A stretch of 64,000 nt of DNA from Eledone cirrhosa (taxonomy: Eukaryota), in NCBI GenBank assembly GCA_964016885.1, contig OZ024759.1:9734001-9798000 (forward strand), given 5' to 3'. Position 1 is the first letter of the stretch. Each line of letters begins with the position of its first letter. Position numbers and translations under genes: made by a program. Below, piece after piece: positions 13,550 through 26,889 of this stretch. Below the pieces are notes generated by a model. The model was not told where the DNA came from, did not search any database, and worked only from the letters and a program-made list of their open reading frames with translations.

Positions 13550-14401
13550 TATATACAAAAGGTTTCTCTCTAAAAATAAAAGGCAGGCTGTATGATGCCT
13601 GCATACAAACAGCAATGCTACATGGCAGTGAGACATGAGCATTGTGTGCAGAGGATCTGCGCAGATTGGAAAGGAACGAAGCATGCATGCTCTGTTGGAT
13701 GTGTAGTAGTAATATACCTGAACGGCAAAGCATAAATGAACTAAGTGAGGAATAAGAGGGATCAGATGCTGTTTACTGGAGAGAAGACTATGTTGGTATG
13801 GCCACTTGATGCGCATGAAAGACGACAGCTGTATAAAAAAGTGCAGGGCGATCAAAATAGACGGGTGTTATGGAGTAGGCAGACCCAGAAAAATCTGGGA
13901 CGATCTGATAAATTCCGACCTCACACACTTACACCTCTCTAAGACAATGTGACTGGACTGAGATCTTTGGCACTATGCAGTAATACAGAAGACACGTCTT
14001 GCCTAAGTACAAAGCGAAACCTACAGTCAGTAGGCACCTCTTAACCAAATATACACTCCCTCCCACTACCCCTACTCCATCCTTCCATCCCCATCAACAC
14101 CACCCCTTTTTCTGAAAAGCTATGTTGGTACCACAACATCCAGTCCAAACAAATGAGGTCGTGTAGGTGTCACAACAAAAAAAAAACACACAGTCCACGC
14201 TGTAATGTGGTCGTGTAGGTAACACTGTAAAAACCTCCCAGTCCACACTGTAAATGTGGTTGGTGTTAGGAAGGGCATCCAGCCGTAGAAAACCTACCAG
14301 ACAGTCCTATACGAGCAAGACAACCAATCTTGCCTCGAGTGGGACAATTCTCGTCTAAACCCATGCTAGCGTCGAAAATGGACGTTAAACGAAGATGATG
14401 A

Positions 14402-14404
<3 letters not shown>
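13231..14404 (+). mobile_element. RTE LINE fragments (short 3' tip 13231-13353; degraded ORF end plus 3' UTR 13556-14404)
   Basis: GRLYDAC and MLHGSETW-type motifs with stops; GAT tails. Confidence 0.85.
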
Positions 14405-14456
<52 letters not shown>

Positions 14457-14502
14457 TTCAAAATATTTATAAATGAAGACGTTCACATAATCAAAATATA
14501 TG

Positions 14503-14564
14503 TTTTATTATATATATTTCGGAGGTACTGTGGTGTTTTTTCAGTACGTCCTCATCAGATAAAA
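14503..14564 (-). ncRNA. Minimal type I hammerhead ribozyme
   Basis: Minus strand: ttttat CTGATGA GGAcGTACTG-loop-CAGTACcTCC GAAA tatata TA ataaaa. Full core, stems I and II, palindromic stem III. Confidence 0.8.
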
Positions 14565-14632
14565 TACATAAATTGATGTATGACATATCTCAACTGTGCT
14601 GATGGTCCAATTCCAGTCTTGGCAGTCTTTGG

Positions 14633-14679
<47 letters not shown>

Positions 14680-14870
14680 ATACTGTGTCTTTCATAATAT
14701 ATGATTAATATCATTGCAAGGTTCTCGTTAATTTTTAATTATGTTACCTCTGTAACTATGTGTGTCTACATGTGTCTACACTCTTTACAAATTATCCCCT
14801 GTAATTGTTTGGTGAGTTTATTTTATATATATATATATATATACCACACTACATATATATATATATATAT

Positions 14871-15070
14871 ATAGGAACAAGTATGACCCCGACGGCAGAG
14901 CTCAAGGTGTTTCGACGGTTATTTCTGGACTGGAAATAGCCGTCGAAACGGCTTGAGCTCTGCCGTCGGGGTCATACTTGTTCCTATTACCCACTCTACT
15001 ACCCTAAGTATTGAGTACTTTGGTGCGTTATGGTCCATCTGGTTCCTTACCACATTTCCTTCGTTTTATA
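14871..15070. repeat. Penelope pLTR-like short repeat with inverted 5' hairpin (14871-14987); relatives at 40055-40180 and 41780-41915
   Basis: ~55-bp inverted arms. Carries gccgtcGAAAcggc-ttgagctc, which resembles the 3' half of a hammerhead. Confidence 0.55.
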
Positions 15071-15077
15071 TATATAT

Positions 15078-17603
15078 CATCATCATCATCATCATCATCA
15101 GGTTTAGCGTCCGTGTTCCACGCTTGCATGGGTTTGGACGGGTGTTTTCCCACTTGAGGCAAGAGTGGTTGTCTTGCTCGCATAGGACTGTCTGGCGGGT
15201 TTTCTACAGTTGGATGCCCTTCCTAACACCAACCACATTTACAGTGTGGGGCTGGGAGGTTTTTACCGTGTTGCCTACACGGCCACATTACAGCGTGGAC
15301 TGTCTGGCGGGTTTTCTACAGCTGGATGCCCTTCCTAACACCAACCACATTTACAGTGTGGGGCTGGGACGTTTTTACCGTGTTGCCTACACGGCCACAT
15401 TTACAGCGTGGACTGTGTGTTTTTTGTCGTGACACCTACACGATCTCATTTGTTTCGGCCTGGATGTTGTGGGACCAACATAACTTTACATTGAAAGGGG
15501 CGGTGTGGGTGGGGTGGAGGTGGTGGGACGGGGGTGTGTTTTGATAGAGATGCCTACTGACTGTAGTAGGTTTTTACTTTGTATTTAGGTAAGGCGGGTC
15601 TTCTCTATTACTGAGTACCGCCAAAGGTCTCGGTCCAGTGACATTGTCTTGGAGAGGTGTAAGCGTGTGAGGTCGGAATTTATCAGCTCGTCCCATGTTT
15701 TTCTGGGTCTGCCTACTCCGTGGCTACCGTCTATCTTTATTGCCCTGCACTTTGTTATACAGCTGTCGTCTTTCATGCGCATCACGTGACCGTACCAACG
15801 TAGCCTTCTCTCGAGTAAACAACATCTGATCCCTCTTATTTCTAATTTTTTCCTTAGTTCGTTTATGCCTTGCCGTTCACGTATATTACTATTGCACATC
15901 CAGCGGAGCATGCAAGCTTCGTTCCTCTCTAGTCTGCGTATATCCTCTGCACACAATGCCCAGGTCTCACTGCCATGCAGCATTGCTGTTCGTATGCAGG
16001 CATCGTATAACCTGCCTTTCATTTTTAGGGAGAACCCTCTAGCGGCTAATAGTGGTATAAGCTCTCTGAACTTTTTCCATCCAGTTCTGACTCTAGCTAC
16101 TGTACTTTCAGAGCACCCTCCCCCACTGCTGATTTTGTCACCCAGATAACGGAAGCTGTCCACTATTTCTATAGAACCCTCTGCGCAGTTGAAGGAGCTA
16201 GTATTTTGTGGGCACTTGCTGCTACTTATTGCACCAGAGCACCGGCCACATGTAAAATCTATGTTCTTAGTTAGCTTACCTGTGATCCCACTACATCTTT
16301 TATGCACCCATACTTTGCATTTGGGACATAAAATGGAGTTTCTACCTACGCCTTTCCTACACACTGAGCATGGCCATTTCCCCGATAGGACCGCCGCCTT
16401 ATTTTCTTTCCTACAAACTAGAACTTTAGTCTTAGCCAGGTTAATTTTAAGGCCTTTTGATTCTAGGCCGTGCTTCCACGTTTGGAATTTCTTCTCTAGT
16501 TCGGTCATTGATTCAGCTATGAGCGTTAGATCATCTGCGTATAGGAGTTCCCATGGGCAGCCGGTCTTGAACTCCTCTGTTATAGCCTGAAGGGCAATAA
16601 TAAATAGTAGGGGGCTAAGAACAGAGCCCTGATGGACACCAACTTTTACGCTAAACTCTTCACTATATTCGTTGTTAATTCTAACCTTACTGACTGTTTC
16701 TTTATACATGGCTTGTATAGCTCTCACAAGCCATTCGTCAACACCTAGTTTTCTAAGAGACCACCAGATAATGGAACGGGGGACTCTGTCGAAGGCTTTC
16801 TCCAAGTCGACGAAAGCTAAGTATAGGGGTTTACTTTTAGCTAGGTACTTCTCCTGTAGTTGTCGTACAATGAAAAGAGCGTCTGTGGTACTTTTGCCTG
16901 ACACAAACCCGAACTGCATTTCATCTAGATCAATTCTCTCTCTGATTAGTTGCGCTATTACTTTTTCCGTGACCTTCATGACCTGGTCGATTAATTTAAT
17001 GCCTCTATAGTTACTCCTATCTAGGGCATCTCCTTTTCCCTTATAGCAGTTAACGATGATGCTGCTACGCCATTCCTTCGGAACAACCCCATTCTGTACG
17101 ACTTGGTTAACTATCCGGGTGACCATGGTGTGTCCCACCGAACCAGATGCCTTCAGCATCTCAGCAACTATTTCCGAAGGCCCAGCCGCCTTACCCGTCT
17201 TCATATCTTTGATTGCCTTACTTATTATACTACCTTCAACTAACACTGCTGGTCCCTCTATTGGATCGATCTGGGAGAGACTGTCTTTCTCCCATTTGTT
17301 CTCCTCATTTAGAAGCCTTTCGTAGTGACACTTCCAAGCTACCTTCTTATCAGCGTCGGTGATGGCAAGTATGCCATCATCGTTAAGTACACACTTCTCC
17401 CCGACAATATCACGGTTTTCCTTGACACATTGCCTAGCAATCCTGAACACCTCACGTTTTTGGTCCTCACGTTGTAGAACATGCTTGAACTTTCTTTCCT
17501 CTGCTTCCCTTCTTGCGAAGTACACTTGTCTCCTAGCTTCCCTCCTGGCCACTTGATAGTCTTCTCTACTTCCCCCATCCCGCCATACTTTCCAAGCCTG
17601 CAT
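15078..17603 (-). mobile_element. Young 5'-truncated RTE LINE with an uninterrupted 672-aa ORF (RT plus PHD-like finger), lacking the endonuclease
   Basis: ORF 15585..17603 with NYRGIKL, QFGF, FVDLEKAFDRV, HQGSVLSP and YADD; 3' UTR and (GAT)n tail. Confidence 0.96.
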
Positions 17604-17730
17604 ATATATATATATAGTGTAGTAGTGTGGTATATATAGTCTATATATATATATATATAATGTAGTAGTGTGGTATATATAGTGTATATATATATATATA
17701 TATATATAGTGTAGTAGTGTGGTATATATA

Positions 17731-17766
<36 letters not shown>

Positions 17767-17848
17767 TAGTAGTGTGGTATATATAGTGTAGTAGTGTGGT
17801 ATATATAGTGTATATATATATATATAGTGTAGTAGTGTGGTATATATA

Positions 17849-17898
<50 letters not shown>

Positions 17899-17958
17899 TA
17901 GTAGTGTGGTATATATAGTGTATATATATATATATAGTGTAGTAGTGTGGTATATATA

Positions 17959-18018
<60 letters not shown>

Positions 18019-18129
18019 TAGTAGTGTGGTATATATAGTGTATATATATATATATATATATAGTGTAGTAGTGTGGTATATATAGTGTATATATATATAT
18101 ATATATAGTGTAGTAGTGTGGTATATATA

Positions 18130-18163
<34 letters not shown>

Positions 18164-18182
18164 TAGTAGTGCGGTGTATATA

Positions 18183-18222
<40 letters not shown>

Positions 18223-18241
18223 TAGTAGTGTGGTATATATA

Positions 18242-18279
<38 letters not shown>

Positions 18280-18298
18280 TACTAGTGTGGTATATATA

Positions 18299-18350
<52 letters not shown>

Positions 18351-18369
18351 TAGTAGTGTGGTGTATATA

Positions 18370-18403
<34 letters not shown>

Positions 18404-18422
18404 TAGTAGTGTGGTATATATA

Positions 18423-18486
<64 letters not shown>

Positions 18487-18576
18487 TACTAGTGTGGTAT
18501 ATATAGTGTATATATATATATATAGTGTAGTAGTGTGGTATATATATATATATAGTGTAGTAGTGTGGTGTATATA

Positions 18577-18624
<48 letters not shown>

Positions 18625-20020
18625 TACTAGTGTGGTATATATAGTGTATATATATATATTGATAGGGTACCCCGATCTGTCATCTGGTGGTCCCTAAGGA
18701 AGCTGGGTGTTGAGGAATGACTTGTAAGGACAGTGCAAACTTTGTACAGAGGTACTCTCAGTAAAGTCAGGGTAGGAATGGAGTTTAGTGAGGAATTCCA
18801 GATACAAGTAGGAGTACATCAGGGTTCGGTCCTCAGCCCGCTCTTGTTCATTATAGTCCTCCAAGCCATAACAGAGGAGTTTAAGACTGGCTGTCCATGG
18901 GAACTTCTCTATGCTGACGATCTGGCTCTTATGGCAGAATCAGTAGAGGAGCTAGAGAATAAATTCCGGCTATGGAAACAGCAGTTGGAAGCAAGAGGAC
19001 TGAGAGTAAATCTAGCTAAGACAAAAGTGTTGATGAGTAGAAAAGAGGACAAAACCCTGATTCCGTCAGGGAAATGGCCATGTTCGATATGCAGAAAAGG
19101 AACTGGCATAAATTCTATAAAATGCACACAATGTAGGTCCTGGGTACACAAGAGATGTAGCGGGATAGCAGGCAAACTAACAGGTAGGGAGAAATATGTA
19201 TGCAGTAGATGTACAGGGAAATTAGACAGTAGAAGTCGCACTGATAGACACATTTCTCAAATGCGAGAGGGCGCTATAGAAGTGGTGGATAGCTTCCGGT
19301 ACCTAGGAGATCAGATTAGCATGGGAGGAGGGTGTTCCGAGGCCATAGTATCTAGAATAAGGACGGGTTGGAAGAAGTTTAGGGAGCTGCTTCCTCTGTT
19401 GACGAAGAAGGGTTTCTCCCTGCGTACGAAAGGCTGGTTGTATGATGCCTGTGTGAGGAGCGTGATGCTGCATGGTAGTGAGACATGGGCAGCTACCGCA
19501 GAAGATATGCGACGGCTGGAGAGAAATGAGGCAAGCATGCTCCGTTGGATGTGCAGTGTAAATGTGCGTGAACGACCCAGCATGAATGTGTTGAGAGAGA
19601 AACTGTGTCTGAGAGGGATAGAATGTAGTGTACGGGAGAGGAGACTGCGGTGGTATGGACATGTGATGTGTTGAGAGAGAAACTGTGTCTGAGAGGGATA
19701 GAATGTAGTGTGCGAGAGAGGAGACTGAGGTGGTATGGACATGTGATGCGCATGGAGGATGACTGATGGGTGAAGAAGTGCCAGGAATTGCCAGTTGAAG
19801 GAAGACGTGGTAGAGGTAGACCACGAAAAACATGGGCGGAGGTGGTGAGAACAGACCTCAGATCATTGAAGCTCACGGTGGAGATGACGAGGGACCGTGA
19901 CGAGTGGAGAGATGCTGTGCTGAATAAGACCCGTCCCACCCTTGCAAGCAGGGAAAGGCGGACGTAAAATGATGATGATGATGATGATGATGATGATAGT
20001 GTAGTAGTGTGGTATATATA

Positions 20021-20066
<46 letters not shown>

Positions 20067-20298
20067 TAGTAGTGTGATATATATAGTGTATATATATATA
20101 TAGTGTAGTAGTGTGGTATATATAGTGTATATATATATATATAGTGTAGTAGTGTGGTATATATAGTGTATATATATATATATAGTGTAGTAGTGTGGTA
20201 TATATAGTGTATATATATATATATAGTGTAGTAGTGTGGTATATATAGTGTATATATATATATATATATATATATAGTGTAGTAGTGTGGTATATATA

Positions 20299-20350
<52 letters not shown>

Positions 20351-20372
20351 TAGTAGTGTGGTATATATAGTG

Positions 20373-20397
<25 letters not shown>
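17604..20397. repeat. Compound (TA)n / gtgtagtagtgtggtatatata satellite, interrupted by an RTE insertion
   Basis: Same unit on both sides of 18659-19997. Confidence 0.92.
18659..19997 (+). mobile_element. RTE LINE of a second subfamily, 5'-truncated, with an ~80-bp internal duplication and almost no 3' UTR
   Basis: ORF 18733..19674 with YADD; the ORF end runs directly into (GAT)n. Confidence 0.92.
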
Positions 20398-20403
<6 letters not shown>

Positions 20404-20966
20404 AGACTACATTGTTATGGCCACGTGATGCGCATGAAAGACGACAGCTGTATAAAAAAGTGCAGGGTAATCAAAATTGATGGTAGCCACGGAATAGGTA
20501 GACCCAGAGAAACCTGGGATGAGGTAATAAAAACTGACCTCGCACACTTACACCTCTCTAAGACAATGTCACTCGACCGAGATCTTTGGCACCACACAGT
20601 AATACAGAAGACACGCCTTGCCTATGTACATAGCGAAACCTACAGTCAGTAGGCACCTCTTAACCAAATATACACCCCAACCCACTACCCCTACCCCCAT
20701 CTACACCACCCCTTTCTCTGTAAAGTTATGTTGGTACCACAACATCCAGTCCAAAACAAATGAGGTTGTGTAGGTGTCACGACAAAAAACACACAGTCCT
20801 CGCTGTAATGTGGTTGGTGTTAGGAAGGGCATCCAGCCGTAGAAAACCTGCCAGATAGTCCTATATGAGCGAGACACGGTCACCCGATCAATCTTGCCTC
20901 AAGTGGGACAATTCCCGTCTAACCCATGCTAGCGTGGAAGATAGATGTTAAACAATGATGATGATG
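20398..20966 (+). mobile_element. RTE LINE 3' fragment
   Basis: MRMKDDSCIKKCR...DRDLW, 3' UTR and GAT tail. Confidence 0.88.
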
Positions 20967-21274
20967 TAAATCGATTTTTAATTGAATGCTTTTATATATA
21001 TATACACACACACTACTATACTATATATACCAGACTACTACATTATATATATGTATATATATATATATAGTGTATATAGTGTAGTAGTGTGGTATATATA
21101 GTATAGTAGTATATATGTGTGTGTGTGTGTGTGTAGTAGTGTGGTCTCCTTCCCTGGAACTCCTTACCCCAAATCAAACCACAGGTTCACTGTTCCATAA
21201 CAAATATCTCGGTTTGGATTGTTGATCTTTCTATTGAAATATCAAGAAGAGAAAAGCAAAGTTTAACAACAAAC

Positions 21275-21366
21275 CTAGAATTCCATTTAAGCCCCAAAGG
21301 TTAACTGTACGAGCAGTACTTTGTTCCTCATTGCCAAGAGTAACACTGCCTGTTTCTGATGTAAAC
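21275..21366 (-). CDS. cusr: CSRP-like exon 3 (RFTSETGSVTLGNEEQSTARTVNLWGLNGILG)
   Basis: Acceptor aatttcag, donor G|gtttgt, 92 nt, phase 2 in and phase 1 out. LWGLNGILG resembles the SOD L.G..SI.GR segment. Confidence 0.8.
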
Positions 21367-21404
21367 CTGAAATTACACAAAGATATATACATAATCAATG
21401 TAGG

Positions 21405-22125
21405 ATTTTACTTTTAAATTTTACATTTAAATTTTACTTTTAAATTTTCAATTTTAAATTTTCACTTTTAAATTTTCACTTTTAAATTTTCACTTTTAAA
21501 TTTTCACTTTTAAATTTCACTTTTAAATTTCACTTTTAAAATTCACTTTTAAAATTCACTTTTAAAATTCACTTTTAAATTTTACTATTAAATTTTACTA
21601 TTAAATTTTACATTTAAATTTTACTATTAAATTTTACATTTAAATTTTACATTTAAATTTTACTATTAAATTTTACATTTAAATTTTACTATTAAATTTT
21701 ACATTTAAATTTTACTATTAAATTTTACATTTAAATTTTACATTTAAATTTTACATTTAAATTTTACTATTAAATTTTACATTTAAATTTTACTATTAAA
21801 TTTTACATTTAAATTTTACATTTAAATTTTACTATTAAATTTTACATTTAAATTTTACTATTAAATTTTACATTTAAATTTTACTTTTAAATTTTACTAT
21901 TAAATTTTACATTTAAATTTTACTATTAAATTTTACATTTAAATTTTACTATTAAATTTTACATTTAAATTTTACTATTAAATTTTACATTTAAATTTTA
22001 CATTTAAATTTTACTATTAAATTTTACATTTAAATTTTACATTTAAATTTTACTATTAAATTTTACTATTAAATTTTACATTTAAATTTTACTATTACAT
22101 TTTACATTTAAATTTTACTTTTAAA
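21405..22125. repeat. 13-bp AT-rich minisatellite (ttttacatttaaa / ttttactattaaa)
   Basis: Direct inspection, ~55 units. Confidence 0.93.
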
Positions 22126-22289
22126 TAAAAAAAAAAACCCTGCCGCAGTGTGAATATTTGGTCAGCTGCGCTGCGTCTGGGGTGAAAACCATATTGTTCT
22201 TCAGCCAGCTTGACTCAGTGATCTCCCTGCATCTCTTAGCTAGATACTTAGCCTAGACTTTACTGGAAGAGGGGGAGGGGTAAAGAGGA

Positions 22290-23000
22290 GATCCCTCTGT
22301 AATTGGAACAATCTCTCTTGTCTACCTTTTTGAAAATTGGGATTATCACTCCCGTTTGCCATTACTTAGGTGCCTTTCCAGAGATCCAGGCCACCCGCCA
22401 CACACAAGTCAGCCAGAGAATACTTTCTCTATTTAAGGCTTTTAACATCTCGGGCCAGAGATCATCTTTCCCAGCAGCCTTACCATTTTTGAGCTTTTTA
22501 ACTGCTCTTGTGACCTCAGCCTTTGAGAGACAAGTCACAGTTCCCAGATGCACTTTGTGTACATCCAAAGATGCTGTTATGATTGGGTTTAGATCAGCAA
22601 AGTATTCTTTCCACCTCGCGAGGATGAACCGCTCTGAAGAGAGGAGAACCCCAGACATGTTCTTGATAGCAAGTGTGGAGGAGGACTTCTTATTACGAAG
22701 TTGGTGGATGGTCTACCAGAACACTATTTACTGATCTGAAGTTGGATTCCAGCTTAACCTCAAAGTCCATCCAATTCTTCGTGCCTGCTTGTACTGCAAG
22801 TTCAAGAAGGAGGACTTATTTTCCAGCCAAGCTTTGTAAGCCTCCTTCTTTGCTCAGATGGCACCTTTGACCTCTTGACTGAACCAAGGGGTCCTCCTGC
22901 CATCTGGTGCCACACCAAGCCTCTTTCACCTGCAGCATTTAACAGTTGAAGCAGAAACTGCTGAGCTGAACAACCTCGACTCTGTCTCAACATCCCCAGT
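22290..23000 (-). mobile_element. Degraded RTE-clade LINE fragment of a different family (pre-RT region)
   Basis: ARWKEYFADLNP...EVTRAVKKLKNGKAAGKD...PEMLK...IPIFKK. Confidence 0.75.
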
Positions 23001-23247
23001 TTGTTCAGGGAGTTCTCTGAATTTGGATGCAATAGTATCTACTTACCTGGTCCTGACTTCCTTACCCACCATTGCTTCCCACTTTATCATGTGGGTCACT
23101 CTGCCCAATCACCCTCCCCCCTCTTTTGTGACACCAGAGCTCTTGCCACCCCCTCCCCATTTTTCTTCTTTCTTTCTCCTTTTTTTTTTCTATATTTCCC
23201 TATTCTTTCTTTCCTTTTGTATTCCCTTTTTTATTATTTCTATATAG

Positions 23248-23430
23248 AGTGGTGGATTGGCAGTATCGGTAGAGGGTCGGATGCATAGAGTTACGGCCCT
23301 TTATGGTCTGAGTTCAAATCCCGCCAAGTTTAACTTTGCCTTTCATCCTTACGGGGGGGTCGATAAAATAAAGTACCAGTAATGCACTGGGATAATTGCT
23401 GGCCTTGTGCCAAAAGTAGAAACAATTATT
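23248..23430 (+). mobile_element. tRNA-derived SINE, family A (MetaSINE-like core)
   Basis: A-box-like tggcagtatcgg and B-box gagttcaaatcc, core aactttgcctttcatcct...gtcgataaaataaagtaccag, (att)n tail. Confidence 0.8.
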
Positions 23431-23607
23431 TCTATATTGAAAATAAACATTTCTTTAGGATACTGATTCCCAAATTGCCATCAGTTTTGTTTTGTTTCCC
23501 ATTTTTTAAATTTTTTCTTACTAAATAAGGTTTGTTTTTTTGCCTTTGAATAAATTCAGTTATTGATTGACTCAATATAAAAGATGTTGCATTAAAATAC
23601 ATCTTAC

Positions 23608-23833
23608 CTTTCACCAATGTAACGTTCACTGCATTTGTCTGCTTCACGATAATCCGTGAAATAGCGATGGAATTCCCAAGTATATTTTTCCTCAGATCCA
23701 TCAGTGCTGTTTAATTTAAACATCATTGCAACACCGTTACCGTCCCCGGGTTCTGTGAAGATTACTTCACCACGAACATATTCCATATCAAAGGTTGCTA
23801 TCAAATATGGTTCATAAGCGATTGTTGAGGAGA
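23608..23833 (-). CDS. cusr: CSRP-like exon 2 (VSSTIAYEPYLIATFDMEYVRGEVIF...KCSERYIGER)
   Basis: Acceptor tttttatttgcag, donor AG|gtaag, 226 nt open. Contains ORF 23604..23804 and encodes the first degenerate SOD-fold repeat. Confidence 0.85.
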
Positions 23834-23869
23834 CTGCAAATAAAAATAGAAAAATTGAAACTCATTATA

Positions 23870-26783
23870 GTAACACTAGCATTTACATTATATTTACTAT
23901 TGTATTTTCACAGTAAAGGCTTTACCTTACATAACATTTACATTACTCTATATATACTATTGTATTTTCTCAGTAAAGGCTTTACTTCACATAATATCTC
24001 ATAACATTTACATTACTCTATATATACTATTATATTTTCACAGTAAAGGCTTTATCTCACATAATACCTCACATAACATTTACACTACTCTATATATACT
24101 ATTGTATTTTCACAGTAAAGGCTTTACTTCACATAATATCTCACATAATATTTACACTACTCTATATATACTATTGTATTTTCACAGTAAAGGCTTTACC
24201 TCACATAACATTTAAAATTACTCTATATATACTATTATATGTTCACAGTAAAGGCTTTACCTCACATAACATTTACATTACTTTATATATACTATTGTAT
24301 TTTCACAGTAAAGGCTTTACCTCACATAACATTTAAAATTACTCTATATATACTATTATATGTTCACAGTAAAGGCTTTACCTTACATAACATTTACATT
24401 ACTTTATATATACTATTGTATTTTCACAGTAAAGGCTTTACCTCACATAACATTTACATTACTCTATATATACTATTGTATTTTCACAGTAAAGGCTTTA
24501 CCTCACATAACATTTACATTACTCTATATATACTATTGTATTTTCTCAGTAAAGGCTTTACTTCACATAATATCTCATAACATTTACATTACTTTATATA
24601 TACTATTATATTTTCACAGTAAAGGCTTTATCTCACATAATACCTCACATAACATTTACACTACTCTATACTATTGTATTGTCACAGTAAAGGCTTTACC
24701 TCACATAATATCTCACATAACATTTACATTACTCTATATATACTATAGTATTTTCACAGTAAAAGCTTTACCTCAGATATCTCACATAACATTTACATTA
24801 CTCTATATATACTATTGTATTTTCACAGTAAAGGCTTTACCTCATATAGCATTTACATTACTCTATATATACTTTTATATTGTCATAGTAAAGGCTTTAC
24901 CTCACATAACATTTACATTACTCTATATATACTATTGTATTTTCATGGTAAAGGCTTTACCTCACATAATATCTCACATAACATTTACATTACTCTATAT
25001 ATACTATTGTATTTTCACAGTAAAGGCTTTACTTCACATAATATCTCACATATTTACACTACTCTATATATACTATTGTATTTTCACAGTAAAGGCTTTA
25101 CCTCACATAATATCTCACATAACATTTACATTACTCTATATTTACTATTGTATTTTCATAGTAAAGGCTTTACCTCACATAATATCTCACATAACATTTA
25201 CATTACTCTATATATACTATTGTATTTTCACAGTAAAGGCTTTACCTCACATAACATTTACATTACTCTATATATACTATTGTATTTTCACAGTAAAGGA
25301 TTTACTTCACATAATATCTCATAACATTTACATTACTCTATGTATACTATTGTATTTTCACAGTAAAGGCTTTACCTCACATAATATCTCACATAACATT
25401 TACATTACTCTATATATACTATTGTATTTTCTCAGTAAAGGCTTTACTTCACATAATATCTCATAACATTTACACTACTCTATATATACTATTATATTTT
25501 CACAGTAAAGGCTTTATCTCACATAACATTTACACTACTTTATATATACTATTGTATTTTCACAGTAAAGGCTTTACCTCACATAATATCTCACATAACA
25601 TTTACATTACTCTATATTTACTATTGTATTTTCACAGTAAAGGCTTTACCTCACATAATATCTCACATAACATTTACATTACTCTATATATACTATAGTA
25701 TTTTCACAGTAAAAGCTTTACCTCATATAGCATTTACATTACTCTATATATACTATTATATTGTCACAGTAAAGGCTTTACCTAACATAATATCTCGCAT
25801 AATATTTACATTACTCTATATATACTATTGTATTTTCATGGTAAAGGCTTTACCTCACATAATATCTCACATAACATTTACATTACTCTATATATACTTT
25901 TATATTTTCATGGTAAAGGCTTTACCTCACATAATATCTCACATAACATTTACATTACTCTATATATACTATTGTATTTTCACAGTAAAGGCTTTACCTC
26001 ACATAATATCTCACATAACATTTACATTACTCTATATATACTATTGTATTGTCACATAACATCTTACATAACATTTACATTACTCTATATATACTATTGT
26101 ATTTTCACAGTAAAGGCTTTATCTCAATATCTCACAACATTTACATTACTCTATATATACTATTGTATTGTCACAGTAAAGGCTTTACCTCACATAACAT
26201 TTACATTACTCTATATATACTATTGTATTGTCACAGTAAAGGCTTTACCTCACATAATATCTCACATAACATTTACATTACTCTATATATACTATTGTAT
26301 TGTCACAGTAAAGGCTTTACCTCACATAATATCTCACATAACATTTATATTACTCTATATATACTATTGTATTTTCACAATAACGTTTTTACCTCACATA
26401 ATATCTCATAACATTTACATTACTCTATATATACTATTGTATTGTCACAGTAAAAGCTTTACCTCACATAATATCTCACATAACATTTACATTACTCTAT
26501 ATATACTATTGTATTGTCACAGTAAAAGCTTTACCTCACATAACATTTACATTACTCTATATATACTATTGTATTTTCACAATAAGGGCTTTATCTCACA
26601 TAATTTTGTCACATAACATTTACATTACTGTATATATACTATTTTATTTTCACAATAAGGGCTTTATCTCACATAATTATGTCACATAACATATAATCCG
26701 TATGAACAGCCGGTTGCAACCAGTTTGAACAGAAAGAGGTGAGAGAATTCTCGTCGGATATGGCAGGTTTAAATACTAAAGGC
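23870..26783. mobile_element. Third piggyBac-type MITE copy with a diverged 60/48-bp satellite (~50 units)
   Basis: Same repeat unit; right end tttaaatactaaaggc|ttaa; left terminus degenerate. Confidence 0.75.
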
Positions 26784-26889
26784 TTAATTTTGAATGGTAT
26801 TAAATATTAGTAAAATTTGCTATATAAATTAATAGAAAAGATGGTGTGTTGACATATTACAAAGACAACAATTTATGATGTGGGTAGTA

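Noticed and set aside
21167-21274. Downstream gtaag donor extending exon 3
   Set aside because: The extension hits an in-frame TAG; the donor at 21274 gives the correct phase and SOD motif.
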